Shown: piece after piece, positions 1-10,100 of the stretch
How the letters are laid out: the number at the start of each line of letters is the position of its first letter
Numbering within the stretch: the stretch's first letter is position 1
IMG/VR virus record: IMGVR_UViG_3300019927_000058
Coordinates: 1 to 64,000 of that record
DNA length: 64,000 nucleotides
Reading direction: 5' to 3' (one strand)
From: a virus
Notes under the pieces: generated by a model
The model's input: the letters and a program-made list of their open reading frames with translations, nothing else
The model's database searches: none
What the model was told of the DNA's origin: nothing
Program-made: the position numbers and the translations under genes

Positions 1-1593
1 TGCTTCAATATACAATTGGTTAATATCCTTAATACTTACTTTGTCGGGATCAATTGAAAGATTGAGGCTTTGAGACTGGTCAATATATTGTTGTCTCTGT
101 GCAGCCTGTTTGATAATAGCCATCTGTGGAATTTCAGAAAACTTTTTAAATACTTCTTTTTCCTTATTGGTAAGGAAATCTAAGTGTTGAACACTTCCAT
201 CATACTGCATAATGCTATTCCAAACTTCTCTATTATCTTTATCTTTCTGCTGAAGCAATTCTTCCAAGAATCGATTCTTCTGTGTAGACTTCAATTTTGC
301 ACCATCTCTTACAAAGTAATTTGACTTGAGTGGTTCAATACTTGGACTCACTTGACCAAGAATGATACTACTTGATTGCGTAGGTGCAACTGCCATTGTA
401 GTAGTATTCCGTCGCCCATAACCTTCAAGAACTTCGGGTTCTCCAAATTTATTAGCAAGTTCTTCACTTGCCTCATACGAACGTTCTTTGATCGTCTTGA
501 ACAATTCGTTATTTTCTTGCATGGCCTCTGGACTATTAAACGGAATCATCTTGCTTTGAAGATAAGAATGCCAACCGAGAACGCCAATGCCAATAGCACG
601 ATGACGTTTAGCAAACTGAACCGCTCTCTCCATGAATTCTGTACCTTCTGTTTCTTCAATGAATTCTTCCATCACTGCATCGAGAAAGTACGTGAGAGTT
701 TCAACAGCATCGGTATCTTTCCAATCATCGTAATGAAGAGCGTTCATTGACGAAAGACAACAGACGAAGCTTTCATCGGCATTTGCGGGAAGAGCAATCT
801 CAGAGCAAAGGTTGGATGCATTAATCTCATAATCTTTGTCTTTATAAACTTGCGGTTTACCTTCATTCATGTTCCCACGGAAAATAATGTATGGAACACC
901 AATATTAATCCGGCTCTCAATGATTTCCGCCCATGTCTCTCGCTTTTCTTCATCGCCATCAATCATTGATTGGAACCAATCATCCCCAACAATAACGCCC
1001 CAATAAATATTTTGAATTGGATCGCCTTCTGTCTTGATATTGAGCCATTCATCTAAGTCATCGTGTTCAATATCAATATATCCGGCAAATTGCCCACGAC
1101 GTGTAGCTCCTTGACTAATGACAGTAATTTCTGTATCAAATAATTCAGTGAAACTATAACTGCCATTGCTCTTTCCGTTGTTAGTAATGGGCGCACCACG
1201 AGGGCGAAGTTCTCCAAAATAGCCACTTGTTCCCCCGCCGAGTTTTGTCATCTGGCCAACTTCAGATTGAGTATAAAGAATACTTTCAATATTATCTTCA
1301 ATATGGCTTCCAAAGCAACTGATGGGAAGTCCCCTATCAAGTCCAAAATTAGACCATACAGGACTTGCGAGGCTATAGTACCCCTTGCTCATATAGTCAT
1401 AGAACTTATCAGCAAAGCCATCTTCATCAAGGATTTCTTCTGCTCGTTCAGCGATTTCTCTTACTCTTTCTTCAGCAGTTACGCCATCGAGCAAATACCC
1501 ATTTCTAAGGAAATCTCGACTATCTTCATTGAGCCAATAAAACGGTTCACTATGCTTCTCTTCGTTTTGTGGGAATAGAGTTTCTTCTGTCAT
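1..1593 (-). CDS. nrdA: Ribonucleotide reductase class I large (alpha) subunit; C-terminus lies beyond the left window edge
   Basis: The ORF is absent from the track because it runs off the edge. My reverse-strand translation from the ATG at 1593 stays open to nt 1 (531 codons, MTEETLFPQNEE...). It contains RNR-alpha hallmarks LPISCFGSH, KLGGGTSGYFGELRPRG, NLCSEIALP (active-site Cys/Glu) and AVAPTQSSS. There is no ATP-cone before the catalytic core. Confidence 0.9.
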   Translation of the reverse strand, partial: MTEETLFPQNEEKHSEPFYWLNEDSRDFLRNGYLLDGVTAEERVREIAERAEEILDEDGFADKFYDYMSKGYYSLASPVWSNFGLDRGLPISCFGSHIEDNIESILYTQSEVGQMTKLGGGTSGYFGELRPRGAPITNNGKSNGSYSFTELFDTEITVISQGATRRGQFAGYIDIEHDDLDEWLNIKTEGDPIQNIYWGVIVGDDWFQSMIDGDEEKRETWAEIIESRINIGVPYIIFRGNMNEGKPQVYKDKDYEINASNLCSEIALPANADESFVCCLSSMNALHYDDWKDTDAVETLTYFLDAVMEEFIEETEGTEFMERAVQFAKRHRAIGIGVLGWHSYLQSKMIPFNSPEAMQENNELFKTIKERSYEASEELANKFGEPEVLEGYGRRNTTTMAVAPTQSSSIILGQVSPSIEPLKSNYFVRDGAKLKSTQKNRFLEELLQQKDKDNREVWNSIMQYDGSVQHLDFLTNKEKEVFKKFSEIPQMAIIKQAAQRQQYIDQSQSLNLSIDPDKVSIKDINQLYIEA

Positions 1594-1597
1594 TGTT

Positions 1598-2626
1598 TTA
1601 AAACATATCGTCTGTTGTTACGCTTTTCGTGTGCTTGTTGTAAGTGGTAGACCGCTTTGCGAAAAAGTCGTTGTGTTTGGTCATCATAATGTCTTCATCA
1701 AACCATCGGGTTTCTTCAAGTAAATCATTGTCGGTATCAAAAACAGTCTCCACACCAACATTATCAAGGCTTTGATTGAATCTATCCTTGAGGAATTCAT
1801 TAATATTTTTACGGGGAAGGAAATCTAATTCTCCTTCGCTAAAAATCCAATCAAGAATTTTCATTTCTGCATCATATGCTTTCTCACAAGCTTCTTGCAC
1901 ACGCTCATCAAAATCATCAGCGAAAAGTCCGGGGTTTTCCTCTTGAATTGTATTGATAAGGTCTACCCCAAAAAGACCGTGAATTTGTTCTTCTTTTGAG
2001 GTAGCTTCAACAGCATTTGAGATTCCTTTAAACTTCTTTTCGTATTTATCAAAGCTTGTCATAATAAGAAATTGACTAAATAGAGAAACGTGTTCAATGA
2101 AAATACTAAACAGAAGCAGACTCATAACATATTCTTCTTCATCATCGCTATTGGCTCCTTCCAAATATTTATCAAGATAATCAATTCTGTCTCTAATTGC
2201 AGGTACTTCGGTTATCTCTTTAAATTCATCTTCGATGCCCAAAATCTCAAGAAGATGACTATAAGCATCCATATGACGCACCTCGCTTTCTGCAAAGGAC
2301 ATCCCCACGCTCCCAAATTCAGATTTTGGCATTTGCTTGTAAAGATCCGCCCAAAAAGTTTTAACTTGCACTTCAATTTGTGCGATTGCAAGCATTGTTT
2401 TCTTGATGACACTTTTTTCTACTGGCGTGGTGTTAACTTCAAAATCTTGAACATCTCCTTGGAAATTAAATTCAGTATGAACCCAATAACTATTCCGAAT
2501 TGCATCCGTGTATTCTAAAAATTCTTTATATTCATAAGGTTTGATATTTTCCCTCTCTTCAAAAATATTTGTTTTATCTCCAGTTACATTCTCGCCGTTG
2601 GGAATGTGATTATCATTACGCGACAT
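1598..2626 (-). CDS. nrdB: Ribonucleotide reductase class I small (beta) subunit
   Basis: 342 aa with di-iron/radical-site motifs EVRHMDAYSHLLEILG, FIEHVSLFSQF and EEQIHGLFG. The stop codon lies 5 nt upstream of the nrdA ATG, so the two form an operon. Confidence 0.9.
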   Translation of the reverse strand: MSRNDNHIPNGENVTGDKTNIFEERENIKPYEYKEFLEYTDAIRNSYWVHTEFNFQGDVQDFEVNTTPVEKSVIKKTMLAIAQIEVQVKTFWADLYKQMPKSEFGSVGMSFAESEVRHMDAYSHLLEILGIEDEFKEITEVPAIRDRIDYLDKYLEGANSDDEEEYVMSLLLFSIFIEHVSLFSQFLIMTSFDKYEKKFKGISNAVEATSKEEQIHGLFGVDLINTIQEENPGLFADDFDERVQEACEKAYDAEMKILDWIFSEGELDFLPRKNINEFLKDRFNQSLDNVGVETVFDTDNDLLEETRWFDEDIMMTKHNDFFAKRSTTYNKHTKSVTTDDMF

Positions 2627-2686
2627 AGGATTTTACAATAACATATCTTGCCTTATAAGAGTTTTGTTTCAACTTCTTTATGATAA

Positions 2687-2730
2687 GCGACAACAAGGCA
2701 AAAAGAAAAAGAGTTGGAACCTTGTTGCGC
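2687..2730 (-). terminator. Inverted repeat with two T5 tracts in its loop (minus strand); possible terminator between the tail module and the RNR operon
   Basis: GCGACAACAAGG (2687-2698) pairs with CCTTGTTGCGC (2720-2730) with one bulge. The loop carries A5 runs at 2700-2704 and 2706-2710 on the plus strand, which are T5 on the coding strand. A TTATAAG box lies about 30 nt upstream of the nrdB ATG. Confidence 0.3.
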
Positions 2731-2762
2731 TACTTATTCGTTATATACTCAAGTTTATAAAA

Positions 2763-3158
2763 CTAACGTTTTATTTCTTCAATATCTTCATAATCTACAT
2801 CAACATTCTCTTCATCTACTAAAATAGCAGCTAAATCTTGAAACATCGCTTGCAATTCGTTATGTGCATGTTCATTTTCATTGGCAACAATATCAATTTT
2901 ATCTTCCAAAGAATCAAAGCGATTTTCCATTCTCTCAAATTGCCTATTGGTTTCTACTAGATGCCCCATATCAGTTTGATCCTCTTCAATTCCAAATATA
3001 CGCTTGAAAAGCTTCATTAACATATTATCGTTACTATCAACTTTTTCTTCAACTCTCCTAATCTTGTACCATAAAAAAGAGTACGCTCCAACATTAAACG
3101 TTAAAATAATCCCCAACAATACTTCTATCAAATCTGCTTCTATTGAATTAAAAATCAT
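2763..3158 (-). CDS. Membrane-anchored coiled-coil protein, function unknown
   Basis: 131 aa with one N-terminal hydrophobic helix (LIEVLLGIILTFNVGAYSFLWY) followed by an acidic heptad-like region. A TAATG overlap joins it to the upstream gene. It is the last gene of the tail block. Confidence 0.55.
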   Translation of the reverse strand: MIFNSIEADLIEVLLGIILTFNVGAYSFLWYKIRRVEEKVDSNDNMLMKLFKRIFGIEEDQTDMGHLVETNRQFERMENRFDSLEDKIDIVANENEHAHNELQAMFQDLAAILVDEENVDVDYEDIEEIKR

Positions 3159-4669
3159 TATGTTTGACTAAAGTGAATTTCTTGTCCATAAATTTCTACC
3201 CAAGCTTCCTTATCTACAAATACGCCTTCTAAAGTATTCTCCGGTTCCTCGTGAACGATAATACCTGCCTTTGGAGATTCAGCTGATCCGTCACCGTCGT
3301 CATCTCCACCACTGTCTCCGCCGCCTCCAGATATATTAGAAACAGAAATAGCAATTGTATCTTCTGTATCTTCGGTAAAAAGAGAAATTGTCTTTACACC
3401 AATCCAATCTGAAGGAATTCTATAAGTAAAAGTCTCTCTTGTTACAGAATCACTTCCAACCGAATCTAAAGTTATTTCTCTAAAATCGAGTATTTTAGGT
3501 TTTAGAAATCCTATGTCCTTCATCAAAACAGTCTGTGTTCCTTCAGTATTGCCAAGATTGTAAATATCAGCCTCTACTTCAACTGTTTCGCCTTTTGCAA
3601 CAGGTGCATTGGTTTGTTTAATCAAAACCTTAAAATAAACCCCCGTCGTTTTTACAGCTATCTTTTCAAAATTTTCATCACTATCATCGGTAGAAGAAAC
3701 TGTTAAATCATATAAGCCAACATTCACATCACTCCAAATAAATGTTAATTCTTGACTTTCTCCATCATTAAGAGATATTGTCTGACTGTCTTTAACAGAG
3801 TCTTCAGAAGATAATTCAATAGTTTGAGTATCAGGCTCATTTCCTATGTTTTCTATAGTTGCATAAACTTCAATATCAGTTGGTTCAGTATCAGGAACAA
3901 GGATTTTATCTATAGTAACTGCAAAAAAAGCAGAACCATCCGACGCATTAACAACAACATCAACAGTATCGCTATCAGTTTCGGAAAAATATTTAGCAGT
4001 ATATTTTCCCGGTTGTGCATCGCTCCAAGAAAGTATTCTTCTTTTTTCTTGAAAAGCTTCCAAACTCATATTGAAGAAATCACGGTTTTCACCGCCAACA
4101 TCCAATTGAATAATTTGCGAATCATCTACAGCATCTTGGTTAGTAATATCTGCTGTTACATCTAATGTTTCACCGGGGTTAATTGGCGAATTAGTAGAAA
4201 TAATATCAACATCAAATGTATTTGGAACCTCTAAAGAACCTTCACTGCAAACTCCAGAAGTTTCTGTACCTATTCTAAATGAAGGTGTTTCAGAAGAAAC
4301 CTCCGAGAATGATTCAATAAATGTACTAAAAGTAAACTGCCGCTCTTCGCCAGCATCAAAAGCGACATTTTCTCTTATATCATCCATATCTCCATCAAAA
4401 ATGTAGATAATATCTTTATATTCCCTACTATCATTTTCATTTGTTACAGAAACAACGACTTCAAATGCCCCCGGTAATCTCGGAGTGTTTGTACTATCTA
4501 TTGAAAAAGAAAACCCATCGCTAGAAGTTTGAGAAGAACTTGAAGTTTCGGTATCTTCTGTTCCACTTTCATCAACGCCATCAAAATCCAAAGATTTCTT
4601 TTCGCCTCTTTCATCTGTATAAGCAAGTTTCTCATCTTCGACCCAAAGGGAGCCTTCTCTTGCTGACAT
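3158..4669 (-). CDS. Tail-tip adhesin/fibre protein with tandem CARDB-like beta-sandwich repeats
   Basis: 503 aa with repeated ~100-aa units carrying CARDB-like signatures: VTADITNQDAVDDSQIIQLDVGGE, YATIENIGNEPDTQTIELSSED...GESQELTFIW and VEADIYNLGNTEGTQTVLM. A GGGGDSGGDDDGDG linker is present. It is translationally coupled (TAATG) to the upstream baseplate-like gene. Confidence 0.6.
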   Translation of the reverse strand: MSAREGSLWVEDEKLAYTDERGEKKSLDFDGVDESGTEDTETSSSSQTSSDGFSFSIDSTNTPRLPGAFEVVVSVTNENDSREYKDIIYIFDGDMDDIRENVAFDAGEERQFTFSTFIESFSEVSSETPSFRIGTETSGVCSEGSLEVPNTFDVDIISTNSPINPGETLDVTADITNQDAVDDSQIIQLDVGGENRDFFNMSLEAFQEKRRILSWSDAQPGKYTAKYFSETDSDTVDVVVNASDGSAFFAVTIDKILVPDTEPTDIEVYATIENIGNEPDTQTIELSSEDSVKDSQTISLNDGESQELTFIWSDVNVGLYDLTVSSTDDSDENFEKIAVKTTGVYFKVLIKQTNAPVAKGETVEVEADIYNLGNTEGTQTVLMKDIGFLKPKILDFREITLDSVGSDSVTRETFTYRIPSDWIGVKTISLFTEDTEDTIAISVSNISGGGGDSGGDDDGDGSAESPKAGIIVHEEPENTLEGVFVDKEAWVEIYGQEIHFSQT

Positions 4670-7110
4670 TAGTTACCACCTCTCTCTGAAAATTGATCAG
4701 TACCTACAGGCAAAGTATTGCCTTTAGACGTTCCTTCTTTTTGCACGCCATGAACTTCTCTTGTCGTTTCTATAAGTTGCGAAGCAATATCCTCTGTGAA
4801 ACCAAATGAAATACTTGTTCTTCTCTTACCGTATCGAACATTTTCAATAATCATATCTTTTCCATGTGAAAATTTAGAACCGTCAACGACTTCTCCAATC
4901 GGAGCAAGAGTAGGAAGAGAACTTATTGAACCAGAGTATTCAACATCAGAATGATCTTTTAAGAAAGACCTTGCCTTAGCATTGGCCGCTTCAACGCTTT
5001 CAACTTCTCTATCTACAATAAATTTGTCTTTCGTAACATAGTCTGGAGCATTATCGGCAACAATTCTGTTGCCATAAATTTGATTTTTACCCTTAACCAA
5101 ACACGAACGATATGTTTCGCTTATATCTCTACTAGAGGTGACTGTCTCTTTGTAAAGGGGAACATCATTTTTAATATCTCCCTTCTGAAATACCTTTGCT
5201 GTATTCCCATCAAATCGGAATAATGCAGTGCTATCACTTGCAAGAGAATTGATAGTAGAAAGTCTATTGTCAGTAAGACTCTCATCGCTAACAATATCTA
5301 AGTTATTAAATGAAGCATCAACAGATACAGATTTAATTCTGTGCTTTTCATCGCCTTCATTTGGTGTTCCAACGCCACTACTCATCGAAGATAATGAAAC
5401 ACGGAAGCGATGAGAAGCCCCCGGATAAGCAAAGCTTTCGGATACACTATTTGTATTATCGATGGTCTTAATGTATGTTTCACCGGGATTAATATTCAAA
5501 CTTTGTTCAACTCCCCAATTTCCTACAGGATTTGTTATATTGGAGAAATTAACCGTTGTAGTTGCACTAGCTATATTTCTATCAGCACTTTGGGGCGAGA
5601 ATTCCACGTACTGAGTTTCATCGTAAAGACCATTGTACGCATAATTTACTGGTCTACTTAACTCTAAATCATCATTAAGTGTATTATCAAAGGTGTAATT
5701 CAGATTTTCTTGATCATGGCAAATAACAAAACAATCTAACGCAACAGAAAATCCGGTATCAAATTTATTCCAAATTTTAAATTCATCTATTTCGCCAATA
5801 GTTGAAAAATTATTGTTTATTGGATACTGAAGCCATTGATATTTTCCATCGTCATCAAAGTCAATTGAATCATAATTTAAGTCTACTTCTTCACCATTAA
5901 TTATAAGTTTTCCAGCCCAAAAATTCCAAGATTCGGGGACAGAATCAGTTATATTATCAATGTTTCTAACACGGATATTTAAAGTCGGATTTTCAAAATC
6001 TCTTTCGTCTGGTAGTAAACTAAATCGGGGACTCAAATCGGGAGTCCTAGTACCCGGTTTTAATTTAAATTCATAAGAATTACTTGCTATATTAATAGCA
6101 TTTAGTTCGGCCTTGTAACAATCATCAATATCATCAGAATAAAGAGATTCGTCACCAGATTCAATATTTCCCCAATTGGAAACTCTCCGGGTACGGATTT
6201 CTTCATTTCCATCTTCATTAACTACAGTAATTCCATCACTTTTTCTGCTAATTTGATTTGCCAAGGCCGACTCATCTTTTGAGTAAAAATCTTTTTCTGA
6301 ACCCGAAGAATTAATATCTGGAGTTACTGTTTCCCGTTTCATTTGATGATCTGCAAACGCAACCCAATTTATGAGTCTTGATTCTCCTTCCAAATCAAAC
6401 TGCAAGGTATAATCTCCAGATTCTAACCTGTCCGACTGAATTGTATACCAACTTCCATACCGATTCCCATCAGCATTATCAATTGTTTTTGAAATTCGAC
6501 CAAAAGAAACATCTACAGTAGAACTTCCCGGCGTATAAACTTTATAATATATTGTCTCTGGTTTAGAAATGCCACTATACTCAACAGTTCCAGAACCTTC
6601 TAAAACATCCAATCCAAGATGTTTTACACCAGAAAGTGTTTCGCTGGAACTATTTCTTAACTCTGTATGTTCTGCCTCAAGATCATTGTAACCGTCAATA
6701 ACGTCCGAAATAGCATCAAAAACAGAGCTATTAGACTTTGTTTTGTCAATATCATCTCCTTTTAACTGCTTACCGGGAGGCTCTGCCTCAATGCTATAGT
6801 CTTCTCCATTCGTTCTGGAGGTTTCTATAACCATAATATCTCCTTCAAAAAGCAACTTAGTATCAACATACACACGGAGTGTCTCTCCTAAATATTTATT
6901 TGATTCCAAAACCGAATTCGGAGGAACATCAATACTAATATTTTTTGCTTTATTTGCAGAAGGAGAATAACTAATATTGCTTATCTTTGTAGAATAAACA
7001 TCAGTTCCATCATCTACTTCAGCATAATACTCATTTGCTTCTAAGACAACATCTCCATTGTCTATTGCAAGATTATGCCATTCGCCTTCAATAGTATCAA
7101 TATCTACCAT
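4669..7110 (-). CDS. Large distal-tail/baseplate protein (Dit/Tal-position)
   Basis: 813 aa. It starts 2 nt after the tape-measure stop, the position usually held by distal tail or tail-associated proteins. No catalytic motif was recognised. Confidence 0.5.
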   Translation of the reverse strand: MVDIDTIEGEWHNLAIDNGDVVLEANEYYAEVDDGTDVYSTKISNISYSPSANKAKNISIDVPPNSVLESNKYLGETLRVYVDTKLLFEGDIMVIETSRTNGEDYSIEAEPPGKQLKGDDIDKTKSNSSVFDAISDVIDGYNDLEAEHTELRNSSSETLSGVKHLGLDVLEGSGTVEYSGISKPETIYYKVYTPGSSTVDVSFGRISKTIDNADGNRYGSWYTIQSDRLESGDYTLQFDLEGESRLINWVAFADHQMKRETVTPDINSSGSEKDFYSKDESALANQISRKSDGITVVNEDGNEEIRTRRVSNWGNIESGDESLYSDDIDDCYKAELNAINIASNSYEFKLKPGTRTPDLSPRFSLLPDERDFENPTLNIRVRNIDNITDSVPESWNFWAGKLIINGEEVDLNYDSIDFDDDGKYQWLQYPINNNFSTIGEIDEFKIWNKFDTGFSVALDCFVICHDQENLNYTFDNTLNDDLELSRPVNYAYNGLYDETQYVEFSPQSADRNIASATTTVNFSNITNPVGNWGVEQSLNINPGETYIKTIDNTNSVSESFAYPGASHRFRVSLSSMSSGVGTPNEGDEKHRIKSVSVDASFNNLDIVSDESLTDNRLSTINSLASDSTALFRFDGNTAKVFQKGDIKNDVPLYKETVTSSRDISETYRSCLVKGKNQIYGNRIVADNAPDYVTKDKFIVDREVESVEAANAKARSFLKDHSDVEYSGSISSLPTLAPIGEVVDGSKFSHGKDMIIENVRYGKRRTSISFGFTEDIASQLIETTREVHGVQKEGTSKGNTLPVGTDQFSERGGN

Positions 7111-7112
7111 TC

Positions 7113-10100
7113 TTAGTTAGTCCTTTGTTTTCCTGCTCCATCAATTTCTTGAACAATATCTCTCATACTTTCATCAAATACCTCACGAACTTTCATTGGC
7201 AATTCTTCATCCGAAATGCCTTGGAAAGCACCTTCTTCAAAGTATATAGCTTTTTCAGAAACTTCAATCTTTTTATCTTTGTCTTCAGAACTACTTTGCG
7301 ATAACTTCTGATTGGCGTTAGTGTTCATTCCTTTGCCAATATTCTGTTCTTGAATCTTACTTTTCATTGAAGCAAGATCGAAGCCAACATCTCCCGAAAT
7401 GTTTTCAAGTTCAGTATCAGTGAGAGAACGAACAGCATCCTCAAACTTAGATTCACTCCCTTCGATTCCTTTAGCAACATCAGTAGCAAGGGCTTTACCA
7501 CGAGCTTCGGGGTGATTTGGCTTACTCAGTGGTCCTTCATCCGCTGGTGATTTGGGAAGAAATTTACCAAGTTTACCTGCTGCATTTCTAATTGCATCTT
7601 TGATTATTTTCCCTGCCTTCCCAATTCCTTCGGCAATTTTTTCAATAAGAGTCCTTCCCCAATCTAATGCATCAGAAGGTGAAATATCAAGCAAACCAGA
7701 AAGACCATCAAAAATATTTGAAACGCCATTAGAAATAGCCTCAGCAAAATTAGAACCCAATTCAGCCAGCTTAGAAGCAACATCAGTAGTGCTATCAATT
7801 GTATCTTCAATTAGATACTGAAGAGCATCTATCAATTTAGGTCCGAGTTTCTTGGCAAGGTTAAATCCAGCTATAATCGCATCTCCCATAGCAGAACCGA
7901 GTTTCGCTAGTGAATCTCCAAGGTTTTCTAAGTCTTCAAGACTCGTTGGTATTGCATCAACTATTACAGAACCCAAATTAACAAGTGCCTTTGCTGCCCT
8001 CTGAGGCAAGTTAGCAAAAGCAGAAACAATATCATCAAGAAGATCAGAAATATTACTATTCACCTTTTTGGCTAAAGTAATAAACGCATTAATTATACCA
8101 TTTATCAAGTCAAGAACTAAACCAACAATAGTTGCTATAATACCTCCAAATAAACCAACTAAAGCTTGCCCAAGCCCGATGACGATATTAATTATGCCTT
8201 GGACCATAAGCTGTATGGCTTTTTTTCCAAGACGAGCAGATTTTTGAAAGTCGCCACTCAAAAATGCAACTAAAGACCGCAATCCCAGAATAACAGCATT
8301 TGCAGCCTGAACAATTCCGAGAATAGCATCACCAAGTCCTTCAATAATTATCCGAAGCGCACCCATTGCAACTTCCAAAGCAACTATTCCATCTCCCGCT
8401 CCAAGAAATGTCGTAACGAGAGCAGTAATTTCTTCTCCTAATTTTACAATATTTGTAACTAAACTTACAATTGCAGGAGCAACTTCATCCGCCATCTGAT
8501 TTCCAAAGTGGGTAATGCCATCAACAAGAGGCGCTAATGCGCTTCTCATTCCACCCACATCAGCAATCCAAAGAGCAGCTAAAGTTGCAAATAAATTGAT
8601 AATAACTGCAATTGGTCCACCGAGAGCAGAAAGACCGAGACGAGCAGCGAAGCTCGCTCTTTGCATTCCCAATAAGGCAGTATTTGCCGAACGAACGAAT
8701 CTCGTCAATCCAACAACTTTCCTCCCCGCAGCTACAACTCTACTCCCAAATGCAATGATTTTAGCAACTATTGGTCCAACAAAAGAAACAACTGCTCCAA
8801 GAGCCTTAGACAGACCTATCAAAACAGCGGCAAATGTTCCACCTTTAACAATAGCATCAGAATTACCCTGAATAAATGCGCTAATACTCGGAATAACTTG
8901 ATTGAACAAAGTATTCGATAAAGAAACAACTGCCGGGATAATCTGATTGGTTAAAGTGTTAACTATAAACGGAAGAATGGCGGTTTCAAATGAATCCCAA
9001 AGAGCAGTAACAGCAGGGATAACATCACTTCTAAACGTTGCCACAAGCTGAGGAAATACATCATTAACTGCTATAGAAGCAAATCGCTGTATTGCAGGAA
9101 TAATAACATTTACAAATGTAGATGCAACAACTCCTGCGAAATCTCCAATAGCCTGAGCATTGTTCTTCAAAATATTTCCGATAGCTCTGAAAATATTGCC
9201 AATGACGCTTCCAAATTGGCGAATTAAATTACCAGAGCCACCAACACTCTGATCGACTTCATTAAATACAGCCGCAAAAACAGCCACAACACCTTCGCCA
9301 GCAACAATCATTCCCGGTAAAACTTCTTCAACAAATACATTACGCAAATGATTCGCAACGTCAACAAGACTAACAAGGAACGAACGCATCTCCTGAAACA
9401 TAGTCTGGGCTTCCTGTCCACCACTAGCAGCATTAGATAACGCACCTCCTAAAATCCCGATAGCAGAACCGGCAAGCAAAGCAAACGGAATAAACATACT
9501 TCCCATCGCCTGTGCGATCAGTGCGATTTGACCACCCAAGAGAAGAAGAGGACCAAGCACCAAACCAAGAGTGACAGCAAGAATAGTAAATTCACTAATA
9601 TTTTCTCTGACACTCTCTTCCATATTAGCAAATCGTTCCGTAAGATTATTTACATTTTCAGCAAATGTAGAAATAGTATCAACCAAATCCTCAGTAAATA
9701 CACGGCCAAGGGAAGCCAAGGATTCTTGAAGTTCTGAAATAGAATTACGTAGCTGTTGCTGTGGACCTTGCGCCTGTTTAAACCACGAATTCAAATCGCC
9801 AGAAGTTACTTCTTCAGTTACATTCTGGAATTCTTCAAACGAATCAAAGTTCTCCTTTGCGCTTTCATCTAATTTAGACCAAGATTCTGCTGCATCAAAC
9901 GTCCCCTCCTCCATCTGTTCAAAGATATTCGTAAGAGCTTCACCATCATCTCCGACAAGAGCAAGTGCGCCCTGAAGCGCACGGGTACGGGGGAATAGTT
10001 CATTGAATGCAATATTCTGCTCTTGAGTCCGTTCACGAAGTTGAACTAACGTATCAACAAAGTCCTGATTTTGAAGAACAAGATTACCAATACCGCCTTC

